NCBI GenBank assembly: GCA_013698195.1
Contig: JACCVK010000358.1
Coordinates: 1-26,728, forward strand
Length of the DNA stretch: 26,728 bases
Origin: Actinomycetota bacterium
GTDB lineage: Bacteria > Actinomycetota > Thermoleophilia > Gaiellales > Gaiellaceae
Direction: 5' to 3'
Part shown: positions 8,744 through 17,306 of the stretch, piece by piece
Position numbering within the stretch: position 1 is the first letter of the stretch
How the letters are laid out: every line of letters begins with the position of its first letter
Program-made: the position numbers and the translations under genes
The notes under the pieces: generated by a model
The model's input: the letters and a program-made list of their open reading frames with translations, nothing else
Told to the model about the DNA's origin: nothing
Database searches by the model: none

Positions 8744-9571
8744 TCAGCGAAGAAGTCGTGAGAGCCGCCGATCCTTGAGCAAACGTCCTCCTGTCTGACA
8801 GGTTGGGCAGTAGTAGACCGTGTGCTCCTCGTAGTCCACCTGCGCAATCGGGGTTCCGCAGACCGGGCAGGGCTCGCCCAGGTGGTTGTGGATCCGATAC
8901 ACGTCGCGGTCACCCTTTCCGCGGTCGCGGAGCTCCAGCGCACGCGCGAGATCCTCGTGCAGCGCGTTCGCGAGGCGCTCGACCTCCTCGGCCTGAAGCT
9001 CGGTCGACGCCTTGAACGGCGAGAGCTGCGCGCGATGGAGGATCTCGTTCGCGTGCGCACGCCCGATGCCGGCGAGCGCCCTCTGGTCGCGGAGGAGCGG
9101 GTGGAGCTGCCGGCGCTCGCGTTCGAGGATCTCGCGGAGCGAAGTAGCGTCGAGTGAGAGCGCGTCCGGGCCGAGGTGCGAGAGGTCGAGATCGACCTGC
9201 TCGGGGGTGACAAGCCAGACTCCGGCGCGCTTCTTCTTGCCCGCCTCGGTGAGGACGAGCTCGTCCCCGCCGACGAAGCGGAGCCGGAACATCGGCTTCT
9301 TTGGGCCTTTCGTCCCTGCAGCGAGGAAACGCAGGCGCCCGGCGCTCATCAGGTGCACCCGGAGCACGAGCTCGCCGTCGTCAGTCGGGAAGAGGAGGTT
9401 CTTGCCACGCCGCTCCGCGCCCTCGAGCCCCCGTCCTTCGAGCGCGGCGAGGGGTGGGTCGATCGTCTTCAGGGTCGCGACGTGAGCCGGTCCAGCGCGC
9501 TCGATTGGGTATGCAGACACCTGCGGAGCGAGCTCGCGAACCCATGCCTCGACCTCGGGCAGCTCAGGCAT
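8744..9571 (-). CDS. Fpg/Nei family DNA glycosylase (actinobacterial Fpg2-like paralog)
   Basis: N-terminal MPELPEVE, RRGKNL, H2TH LAGIGRAHANEILH.A.LSPF, zinc finger CPVC...YYCPTCQ. The real start is ATG 9571, not 9916. Confidence 0.92.
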   Translation of the reverse strand: MPELPEVEAWVRELAPQVSAYPIERAGPAHVATLKTIDPPLAALEGRGLEGAERRGKNLLFPTDDGELVLRVHLMSAGRLRFLAAGTKGPKKPMFRLRFVGGDELVLTEAGKKKRAGVWLVTPEQVDLDLSHLGPDALSLDATSLREILERERRQLHPLLRDQRALAGIGRAHANEILHRAQLSPFKASTELQAEEVERLANALHEDLARALELRDRGKGDRDVYRIHNHLGEPCPVCGTPIAQVDYEEHTVYYCPTCQTGGRLLKDRRLSRLLR

Positions 9572-9590
9572 CGGCATCCGCTGCGCCTGC

Positions 9591-9671
9591 AGGCGCGTAC
9601 TCGCGAACCAACGAGAGCACGGTGACGTTGAACACGACGCCGCCGAAGGTAGCGAGAGCGAGCCCCTGGAC
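9591..9671 (-). pseudogene. Short MFS (DHA3/MFS_3-like) TM10 remnant in the MFS-fpg spacer
   Basis: Translates as VQGLALATFGGVVFNVTVLSLVREYAP. The last 24 aa align ungapped with QLPIAFSIVVYNIVQVSYRQAICP of the adjacent MFS (F, VV, N, S, P identical). No own start. Confidence 0.45.
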
Positions 9672-9720
9672 GCAGGAGTCCGAGGTTGCGCGAGAGCCCG
9701 CCGCGGGATGACACCGCAGG

Positions 9721-11064
9721 TCAGACGGGGTCGTCGGCGGGCGAGAGCGGGTCGGCAATGTTGGGAAGCCCGGCGCCGGCTTCTGTCGTTCGCGGCTCGT
9801 CCTCGACCGGCTCGGGCATCTCGCGGAGATGACGTTGCGGCGAGAGGAGGATCCAGAGGAACGAGAGCCCGCCGCCGATGCCGCCGATGACGATCGTCTC
9901 GCGCAGCCCGATCCACGTCCCGAGAGCGCCACCCGCCAGCGTCCCGATCGGAATCGTCCCCCAGACGATGAACCGCATGACCGAGTTCATCCGCCCCTGG
10001 AGTCGGGGCGGGCAGATCGCCTGCCGGTAGCTCACCTGGACGATGTTGTAGACGACGATCGAGAATGCGATCGGGAGCTGAGAGGCGATGAGGACGGGGA
10101 TCGCCTCGTTTCCGGCAGGCGCGAAGGCCGCGAGCAGGGTTGCCGGTCCTTGGAGCATCGTGACGGCGATCGTCGTCGGACCGATGCCGAAGTGCTTCGT
10201 GAGCCTCATGGCAGCAACTGCCGCGAGCAGAGAGCTAGCCGAGCCGATCGAGAAGACGATGCCGATCACACCGGCCGAGAGGCCGAGCTCGCGCACCGCA
10301 AAGACGATGTAGATAGAGAACGCGACGCTGAAGAAGAGGTTCGAGGTCGCCGTGCATCCGGCCTGGGCACGAAGGTTCGGGTTGCCGAGAACGAAGCGGA
10401 GTCCCTCCTTCAACTCCGTCCACATCGAGGTTCTTGAGCCGTCGGCTTCGGGAGCAACCGGATCCTCTTGCTTCCGGATGCGCAGGATAAACACGCCGGA
10501 AGCAAGGAAGCTGACGGCATCGAGGAGCACCGCATACGGCGCGGTCAGGACCTCGATCAGCCCGCCGGCGAAGCCCGGACCGCCGAGCTGGGCGGCTGAG
10601 CGGCTGATCTCGAACTTCGAGTTGCCCTCGATGATCTGCTCGCGACTGACGAGTGAGGGCAGGTACGACTGATACGCGACGTCGAAGAACACTGTGCACA
10701 CGCCGACGAGAAACCCGACGACATACAGGTGCTCGAGAGTCAAGACGTCCGTGAAGTACGCGATGGGAATCGTGGCCAGGAGAATCGCGCGACCGAGATC
10801 GCCCACGATGAGGATGGGGCGGCGCGGGAGGCGATCCACCCAAACCCCGGCGGGCAGCGTGAAGAGGATGAACGGGAGGAACTCGACGGTGCCGAGTGCT
10901 GCCACCTCGAACGCGGACGCGTCCAGGACGAGCAGGGCGACGAGCGGTAGCGCGAGTTGCGAGACCTGCGTTCCGAATTGGCTGATCGTCTCGGCCGACC
11001 AGAGCTTGAGGAAGTCCCGATGCCGCCAGAGACCGCCCTGGGGCCAGAGGCTACGTGCGGTCAT
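9721..11064 (-). CDS. MFS transporter (DHA3/MFS_3 type)
   Basis: WRHRDFLKLWSAETISQFG, GVWVDRLPRRP, FFDVAYQSYLPSLV, LQGRMNS, about 12 hydrophobic segments. ATG 11064 overlaps the ArsR 3' end. Confidence 0.92.
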   Translation of the reverse strand: MTARSLWPQGGLWRHRDFLKLWSAETISQFGTQVSQLALPLVALLVLDASAFEVAALGTVEFLPFILFTLPAGVWVDRLPRRPILIVGDLGRAILLATIPIAYFTDVLTLEHLYVVGFLVGVCTVFFDVAYQSYLPSLVSREQIIEGNSKFEISRSAAQLGGPGFAGGLIEVLTAPYAVLLDAVSFLASGVFILRIRKQEDPVAPEADGSRTSMWTELKEGLRFVLGNPNLRAQAGCTATSNLFFSVAFSIYIVFAVRELGLSAGVIGIVFSIGSASSLLAAVAAMRLTKHFGIGPTTIAVTMLQGPATLLAAFAPAGNEAIPVLIASQLPIAFSIVVYNIVQVSYRQAICPPRLQGRMNSVMRFIVWGTIPIGTLAGGALGTWIGLRETIVIGGIGGGLSFLWILLSPQRHLREMPEPVEDEPRTTEAGAGLPNIADPLSPADDPV

Positions 11065-11581
11065 CGGCGTGAGGAAGAGCAGAGGGCGCCGGGTAGAGCG
11101 CAGCCGCGAGCGCATGCGGCTCACCGTCGGGATCGTCCGCTGCCTGGAAGGAGGCAAAGAGACGGTTGAGACGCAGCCCGAGACGCCGCGCGTCGGCCGG
11201 CCGAAGCCGCACGTGACTGAGACCGGCGGTGATCCGGACGGGATCGACCTCCGCGGGAAGCAGCTCCTCGGCGGCCTGACGGAGCATGACCGCCGCGAGT
11301 GCGCCCTCGCCCACCGCATCGGCGGCGTCGTCCGTCTTGAGTACGAACAGGCGCGCGACCCGGCCGTAGTACTTCTCCGTCACGGCGCGGATCCGGCGCG
11401 TACCGACCACGCGGATGAGGCCAGCCCGCTCCAGGACCTTGACGTGGTGCCCGACCGTGCCCTTCGGCATGCAGAGCGCCGTCGCCAGCTCGGTCGTGCT
11501 GGCGGCTCGCTCGCGCAAGAGCATGACGATTCGTGCCCGAACATCACCCCCGAGCGCGCGCAGCTGCTTCGGGTCGCGCAC
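11051..11581 (-). CDS. ArsR/SmtB-family winged-helix regulator
   Basis: LRAL...RARIV.LL.ERAASTTELA..L..PKGTVGHHVKVLERAGLI, EKYYGRVAR. The frame stays open upstream (LTDYDAADVLE), so the true start may lie 5' of 11581. Confidence 0.88.
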   Translation of the reverse strand: MRDPKQLRALGGDVRARIVMLLRERAASTTELATALCMPKGTVGHHVKVLERAGLIRVVGTRRIRAVTEKYYGRVARLFVLKTDDAADAVGEGALAAVMLRQAAEELLPAEVDPVRITAGLSHVRLRPADARRLGLRLNRLFASFQAADDPDGEPHALAAALYPAPSALPHADDRT

Positions 11582-11618
11582 CTCGAGGACGTCCGCCGCG
11601 TCGTAATCGGTCAGTCGA

Positions 11619-11679
11619 GAACGGTCGATGATTGCGGAACATACGAGAAAACTCGACCATTCGCAAGCAGCGATAGTCT
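11619..11679. promoter_or_regulatory. Divergent promoter region arsR/asparaginase: -10 TATGTT (minus, 11638-11643), -10 TAGTCT (plus, 11674-11679), inverted repeat GAACGGTCGA (11619-11628) / TCGACCATTC (11653-11662)
   Basis: Read directly. The inverted repeat arms match 9/10 and flank the minus-strand -10. CGAG-aaaa-CTCG also present at 11644-11655. Confidence 0.45.
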
Positions 11680-11688
11680 GGCGCCGCG

Positions 11689-12561
11689 ATGAAGCCCATC
11701 GTCGTCGAGGTCGTACGGGGTCAGATCGTGGAAGCGCGCCATGCTGCGCATGCTGTGGCGGTTCGCTACGGCACGATCGAGGAGTCGGCCGGAGACGCGC
11801 ATTTCTTCACGGCATTCCGGAGCTCGGCGAAGCCGATTCAAGCGCTTCCGGTCATCCGGTCGCGCCCCGATCTCGAGGAGGTGGAGATTGCGATTGCCTG
11901 TGCCTCGCACCTCGCTCGGCCCGAGCAGCTCGACGCCGTCCGTAGCCTCCTCGCCAAAGCACCGGCCGAGGAAGATGAGCTCGAATGCGGACCGGAGCCG
12001 ACGCGCCTGGAGCACAACTGCTCGGGCAAGCACGCCGGCATGCTCGCCCTTTGTCGGGCGGAAGGGTGGGAGAGCCACGGCTACAGGCTGCTCGAGCACC
12101 CTTGCCAGCAGGCGATGCTCGAGGAAGTGGCTGCGGCGGCCGAGGTGGCTGCGGCTGATACGCCCCTGGGCGTCGACGGGTGCGGTGTGCCCACGTTCGG
12201 CTTGACGCTCGAGCGTATGGCGCATGCCTTCTCACGACTCGAGCAGCTCGACGGAGGGTCGGTCGCTACTCGGGCGATGCGCGCGTTCCCGGAGCTCATC
12301 CGCGCCCCGGGCGCGGCGGACACCGAGCTCATGCGCGCTCTTCCCGGCTGGACGGCGAAGGGAGGAGCAGAGGCGCTCCTCTGCGCGGCGTCGCCGGACG
12401 GCCTCGGCGTCGCCGTCAAGGTGGAGGACGGTGGCGGGCGCGCGGTGCGCACTGCCACGGCCGCGTTCCTCGGTCGCCTCGGGCTCGACCCGGGACCGCT
12501 GGCAGAGGTTCCGCTCGAGAACTCGCGAGGCGAGACGGTGGGCCTGATCCGCGCCTCCTAA
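11689..12561 (+). CDS. L-asparaginase II (Rhizobium etli AnsA type, class 3)
   Basis: FRSSAKPIQA, CASH, HNCSGKHAGML, DGCGVP, AKGGAEA are the motifs of this family. Confidence 0.9.
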   Translation: MKPIVVEVVRGQIVEARHAAHAVAVRYGTIEESAGDAHFFTAFRSSAKPIQALPVIRSRPDLEEVEIAIACASHLARPEQLDAVRSLLAKAPAEEDELECGPEPTRLEHNCSGKHAGMLALCRAEGWESHGYRLLEHPCQQAMLEEVAAAAEVAAADTPLGVDGCGVPTFGLTLERMAHAFSRLEQLDGGSVATRAMRAFPELIRAPGAADTELMRALPGWTAKGGAEALLCAASPDGLGVAVKVEDGGGRAVRTATAAFLGRLGLDPGPLAEVPLENSRGETVGLIRAS

Positions 12562-12689
12562 CCGCGCGGCCTTCCCGAAATGGCCAGGTCCTACTAGGAT
12601 GCGCGCCCTGATGGTCAGGCCGGGCTGCGGGGTCCCGGCGTACGTGCATGTCGCAGGTCAGTATCCGTCGAGCGAAGGAGAACGCCAGG

Positions 12690-13790
12690 GTGGCCATGCT
12701 GTCCGTCGATATCTCTCTGCCGGAGTCGGAAGAGCTGCACCGGCTGATCGAGCAGGGTCTCGAGAAGGGGTTTCTGACCTACGACGAGATCGTGTCCTCA
12801 CTTGACGAGGTCGAGCTCACCAAGGAGCAGGTCGAGGACTTCTACACGTACCTCATCGACCATTCGGTCGAGCTGGTCGAGGGCGTCGAGCACAAGTCGC
12901 TACCGCATGAGGAGCCTCCAGCCGAGGAGCTGAAGGTGGCGCCGAAGCTCGACCTCTCGGTTGAGCCTTCGCTCGACTCGCTTCGGCTCTATCTGCGGGA
13001 AATAGGGAAGGTGCCGCTCTTGACGGCCGGCCAGGAGATCTACCTCGCGAAGCGCATCGAGCGCGGAGACATGTCCGCGAAGCAGCACATGATCGAGGCG
13101 AATCTCCGGCTCGTCGTCTCGATCGCGAAGGGCTATCTCGGTCGCGGCCTCTCGTTTCTCGATCTCATCCAGGAGGGCTCGCTGGGCCTCATCCGTGCCG
13201 TCGAGAAGTTCGACTACCGGAAGGGATTCAAGTTTTCGACGTACGCGACGTGGTGGATCCGCCAGGCTGTGACACGCGCCATCGCCGACAAGGCGCGCAC
13301 GATCCGGATCCCCGTGCACATGGTCGAGAAGCTGAACAAGGTCGTGCACATCGAGCGCCAGCTCGTGCAACGACTCGGGCGAGAGCCGCTCCCCGAGGAG
13401 ATTGCGGACGAGCTCGATATCGCACCCGAGGAGGTGCGCGAGATCTTGCGCATGTCGCAGCTACCCGTCTCGCTCGAGAAGCCGATCGGCGAGGACGAGG
13501 ACTCGTCGCTCGGCGACTTCGTCCCGGACGAGCTGGCCGAGTCGCCGTTCGATACAGCGTCGCTCTCGCTTCGGCGGGAAGACGTGGAGCTGGCCCTCGC
13601 GTCGCTTCCCGAGCGCGAGCGGAGGGTCATCGAGCTCCGCTACGGGCTCGACGGGTCGCAGCCGTGCACGCTCGAGGAGGTGGGCCGCGCTTTCGGGGTT
13701 ACGCGCGAGCGAATCCGCCAGATCGAGAACAACACGCTGAAGAAGCTCGAAGGGCTGCCGGAGGCGCAGGCGCTCAAGGACTGCATGTAG
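12690..13790 (+). CDS. RpoD/SigA-like sigma-70 factor with region 1.1
   Basis: KGFLTYDEI (1.1), [11 protein letters not shown] (1.2), [65 protein letters not shown] 12690 follows AAGGAG; ATG 12648 and 12696 are alternatives. Confidence 0.93.
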   Translation: MAMLSVDISLPESEELHRLIEQGLEKGFLTYDEIVSSLDEVELTKEQVEDFYTYLIDHSVELVEGVEHKSLPHEEPPAEELKVAPKLDLSVEPSLDSLRLYLREIGKVPLLTAGQEIYLAKRIERGDMSAKQHMIEANLRLVVSIAKGYLGRGLSFLDLIQEGSLGLIRAVEKFDYRKGFKFSTYATWWIRQAVTRAIADKARTIRIPVHMVEKLNKVVHIERQLVQRLGREPLPEEIADELDIAPEEVREILRMSQLPVSLEKPIGEDEDSSLGDFVPDELAESPFDTASLSLRREDVELALASLPERERRVIELRYGLDGSQPCTLEEVGRAFGVTRERIRQIENNTLKKLEGLPEAQALKDCM

Positions 13791-13813
13791 CCAAGGTCAG
13801 GTCGTGCTGCCTG

Positions 13814-14596
13814 TCATTCGGCCGGCAGCAGCCCCGCCTCAGCGAGCGCCGCGAGTGCGCTCTCGCGTATGTCGCTCGCGACTTGGGAGACATCGGCCGC
13901 GAACGGGGCGAGTGCGACGACGCTGATCCAGGCGGTGCGCTCGGTGAGCTCGCCGACCTGGACGTCGAGATCGAGGGCGTCACCACCGGGCACGCCGCCT
14001 GCCGCTTCCGCGGTTAGCCGGCGAGCCTCGCCGAGGGGGGCGTCGAGGCGTAAAGGAAGCTGAACCGTGACGAGTCGGCGCGGGTCGGCCACGGATCGGT
14101 TCACGAGCGTGGTCGAGACCATTTTCGAGTTGGGAACGAGAATCCGGCGGCCCTCGTCCGTCGACAGCGCCGTGTAGCTCAGCGAGATGTCGTCCACGAC
14201 TCCCGTGTGCTCGTCGATCGTGATCCGGTCTCCCAGGCGAATCGGCTGCGTGAACGCGAGGAGAACGCCCGACCCGAGATTGCCGAGCGGCGTCGTGAGC
14301 GCGAGGCCCGCGATGACCGCAAGCACTGCGCTCGACGCCAGGAACGCGCGCGCCACCTCTTGTGTCGCCGAGAAGACCGAGAGGACGCTCCAGAGGCCGA
14401 TGAGCGCGGCAAGCGCGATCACGACCCGGAGCAAGAAGCGGTACGTCGTCCGCCGGCGCGCAGCGACCTGTGGATCGCGCTCGGCAAGCCTGCGCTCGTA
14501 GCGTTTGAAAGCAGCGTTGAGCGCAAGGCGCAGGACGACGACGGCGCCGATCCAGATGGCTGCCGTGACGATCGCGCGTACGAGATTCGAGTCCAC
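13814..14596 (-). CDS. Small-conductance mechanosensitive channel (MscS family)
   Basis: Three TMs, GLALTTPLGNLGSGVLL..TQPIRLGDRI, GVVDDISLSYT.L.T.EGRRILVPN. Confidence 0.88.
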   Translation of the reverse strand: MDSNLVRAIVTAAIWIGAVVVLRLALNAAFKRYERRLAERDPQVAARRRTTYRFLLRVVIALAALIGLWSVLSVFSATQEVARAFLASSAVLAVIAGLALTTPLGNLGSGVLLAFTQPIRLGDRITIDEHTGVVDDISLSYTALSTDEGRRILVPNSKMVSTTLVNRSVADPRRLVTVQLPLRLDAPLGEARRLTAEAAGGVPGGDALDLDVQVGELTERTAWISVVALAPFAADVSQVASDIRESALAALAEAGLLPAE

Positions 14597-14641
14597 GCGC
14601 CGGGATTCGGCGTTCGCGGCGGCGAGCCTTCTCGCGAGCTC

Positions 14642-15997
14642 CTACTCGCCGCCGAGCACGCGCGTCTTCGCCGCGGCGTATTCCTCGTCCGTGAGCTCGC
14701 CGCTTGCATGCAGGCCTGAGAGGGCCGTGAGCCGGGCGGTCAAGTCGCTACCGGCCGGTGTCGCCGTGGCAGCGCGAACGGGACCCGGCCTGCGTGCGGT
14801 CTCCCACCACTCGGTCACACCCCTGCGGAGCTCGTCGAGCGCGTCGCCGCCACTGGCGTCCGGGAACTCCTTCACTGTCTGCGCGCGCATCACCTCGATC
14901 CAGACGACGCCTAGGGCGATGAGCACGAGGACGACCAAATAGCGCGAGGTGTCACTCACGGGGCCGGTGAGGAGAAGCAGCAGACCGACGATCCCGAGCG
15001 CGGCATAGGGCCAGACGCGCGTGCGCGCGGCGGGAGCCACGAAGCGGCGAGCGTTGGTCGCGCGCGCGCCGCTGCCGGCGAGCCAGGACGCGACCACGAA
15101 CGCGACGCCGACGGGAAGCATCCACCAGAACGAGCGGCGGAGGAGATCCGTGAGGATCTCCCAGGCATTGGCCGAGGCGTCCTTCACCTCGGTCTCCGAG
15201 ACGAGCGAGTCGACCACGTAGTCGCCGACAAGCCCGACGGCCACGAGCCCGACGACTCCGGTGGCGAATATTGCGAAGCCGATCCGCCGCACCGCGCGGC
15301 GACGATCACGAGCGAGCCAGGCGGCGAGGACGAACAAGGCGATCGTGACGATCGGCAGCACCCACGCGAGCACCTTCAGCAGCTGCACGACGGCCTGGGC
15401 GGTGTCGAGCTCGTCCGAGCGCAGGACCTCGATCCTCCCTACATCTTCCGGGAGGTTGTCCTCGACCTGGTCGCGCAGGCCGATCCGGTCAGCCGCTTCG
15501 AGAATGATCAGCTCGAGGTCGAGCGCGACGACGCCTTCCTCGGTGGACACCGTGTTGCCCCCGCCCTCGAGGACGTCGACGAGCGCGATGTGGGACTCCT
15601 CGAGGCTCAGCGCCCACAGCCGCTGGAGGGCCGGCTGCTCGAGCGCCCGGTCGACCAGGCGGTAGGCGGCCTCTCGAACTGCGGCACTCGCCGGTCCGGA
15701 AAGCCCCTGGTAGTCGTCCGGTAGCTGGCCTTCGAGCTCGGCTTGGATGTCGACCGACGCATAGAGCTCGTCGACTGACCGCGTCGCGACCGCCTGCCGG
15801 ATCGCGTCGTCCTCGATGAGCTCGGTACTCGTGTCGACGAAGACGTCCGTGTTCAGGGCAACCCGGTTGAGCCAGATCGCAAACGTCGACAGCAGGAGGA
15901 AAACTGCAGCGAGCACCACGAGCACCCAGACGCCGAGCGAGCCGGCGCGAGGGCTACGACGCGGCGTGGCACGTGCCGGCTCGGTCGACGTGCTCAT
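14642..15997 (-). CDS. Multi-pass membrane protein with C-terminal SHOCT domain
   Basis: N-terminal TM, soluble region of about 170 aa, about 5 further TMs, C-terminal RLTALSGLHASGELTDEEYAAAKTRVL. ATGA overlap with the aspartokinase stop. Confidence 0.75.
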   Translation of the reverse strand: MSTSTEPARATPRRSPRAGSLGVWVLVVLAAVFLLLSTFAIWLNRVALNTDVFVDTSTELIEDDAIRQAVATRSVDELYASVDIQAELEGQLPDDYQGLSGPASAAVREAAYRLVDRALEQPALQRLWALSLEESHIALVDVLEGGGNTVSTEEGVVALDLELIILEAADRIGLRDQVEDNLPEDVGRIEVLRSDELDTAQAVVQLLKVLAWVLPIVTIALFVLAAWLARDRRRAVRRIGFAIFATGVVGLVAVGLVGDYVVDSLVSETEVKDASANAWEILTDLLRRSFWWMLPVGVAFVVASWLAGSGARATNARRFVAPAARTRVWPYAALGIVGLLLLLTGPVSDTSRYLVVLVLIALGVVWIEVMRAQTVKEFPDASGGDALDELRRGVTEWWETARRPGPVRAATATPAGSDLTARLTALSGLHASGELTDEEYAAAKTRVLGGE

Positions 15998-17235
15998 CTG
16001 CTCGGCTCTTCCAGCGCGAAAGCCAGGTGCATGGCTCGGACCGCACGCTCGACGTCAGGGCGGTCGATCATGCAGGAGATCTTGATCGGCGAGGTCGAGA
16101 TGAGTCGCACGCTGACAGCCTCGTCGGCGAGCGTCTGGAACATCTTCGCGGCCACTCCGGGGTGCGAGCGCATGCCCGCACCGACGAGCGAGACCTTCCC
16201 GAGGCCGTCGACTTCCTCGACTCGAAAGGCGCCGAGCGACTCTTGTGCGGATTCGACTGCACGGCGCGCGGCGGAGACATCGTTTGCCGAGACGGAGAAC
16301 GACAGCGCGGCAGTTTTGTGCGGCACGTTTTGGAGGATTGTGTCCACGTTGACGTGCTCTCGGGCGACGGCGCCGAAGACGGCGGCGACCGATCCAGGTT
16401 CGTCGGGAAGCCCGTACAGCGCGAATACGACCTCGTCGAGCGAATGGGTGACCGCGGTCACCAGCGCCTGCTCCATCCCCTCGCCGCTTCGTACCACCGT
16501 GCCTGTGTCGTCCGAGAGTGTCGAGCGCGTGTGAATCGGGACGTCATGCGCTCGCGCGAGCTCGACGGCACGAAGCATGAGCACTCCCGCGCCCGAGGAT
16601 GCCAGCTCGAGCATCTCCTCGTATGACAGCAGCGGCAGTCTGCGGGCCTCGGGCACGAGGCCAGGATCGGCGGTGAAGATCCCCGGCACGTCCGAGTAGA
16701 TCTCGCACGAGGCACCGAGGGCGGCCGCGAGGGCGACCGCCGTCGCGTCCGTGCCGCCCCGTCCGAGGGTCGTCACATCCATCGTGTCCCGCGAAAAGCC
16801 CTGGAAACCCGCCACGAGGACGATCTTCTCGTCGTCGAGCGCTTGCAGCACGCGCACGGGTGTGATCTCGCGGATCTTGGCCTTCGTATAGACCGCATCC
16901 GTGAGGATTCCGGCCTGCGAGCCGGTGAACGAAACCGCTTCGTGGCCGAGATCGTGAACGGCCATGGCGACGAGGGCGCACGCGGTCCGCTCCCCGGTCG
17001 AGAGCAGCATGTCGAGCTCCCGGGGATCAGGGCTCGAGGACACGCGGCGCGCGAGCTCGAGCAGCGAGTCCGTTGTCCGGCCCATCGCAGTGATCGTTCC
17101 GACGACGCGCATGCCGCGCTCGCGGGCCGCCACGAGCCTGCGCGCGACCTCTCGCACCTGCTCCGGCTCGCTCAGAGTCGACCCGCCGAACTTCATGACG
17201 ACGGTCTCGAAGTCCGTATCCGCGGCGGCGCTCAT
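15994..17235 (-). CDS. lysC: Aspartate kinase (alpha2beta2 type with two ACT domains)
   Basis: VMKFGGST, AMGRTTD, RELDMLLSTGE, SFTGSQAGI, TTLGRGG.D, SDV.G.FTADP, VSLVGAGMRSHPGVAAKMF, ISTSPIKISC. Confidence 0.95.
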   Translation of the reverse strand: MSAAADTDFETVVMKFGGSTLSEPEQVREVARRLVAARERGMRVVGTITAMGRTTDSLLELARRVSSSPDPRELDMLLSTGERTACALVAMAVHDLGHEAVSFTGSQAGILTDAVYTKAKIREITPVRVLQALDDEKIVLVAGFQGFSRDTMDVTTLGRGGTDATAVALAAALGASCEIYSDVPGIFTADPGLVPEARRLPLLSYEEMLELASSGAGVLMLRAVELARAHDVPIHTRSTLSDDTGTVVRSGEGMEQALVTAVTHSLDEVVFALYGLPDEPGSVAAVFGAVAREHVNVDTILQNVPHKTAALSFSVSANDVSAARRAVESAQESLGAFRVEEVDGLGKVSLVGAGMRSHPGVAAKMFQTLADEAVSVRLISTSPIKISCMIDRPDVERAVRAMHLAFALEEPSR

Positions 17236-17306
17236 GCGGCAGATTGTTACGACGGCAGCAGAGGTCTAGGAATGCCCACCATCAGAAAACGGAAAGGGGG
17301 AAGGAG

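Noticed and set aside
12562-12689. Possible riboswitch or structured leader before the sigma gene (small stems GCCGGG/CCCGGC and CCTGA/TCAGG)
   Set aside because: Stems this short are expected by chance at this GC content, and I recognise no known RNA family.
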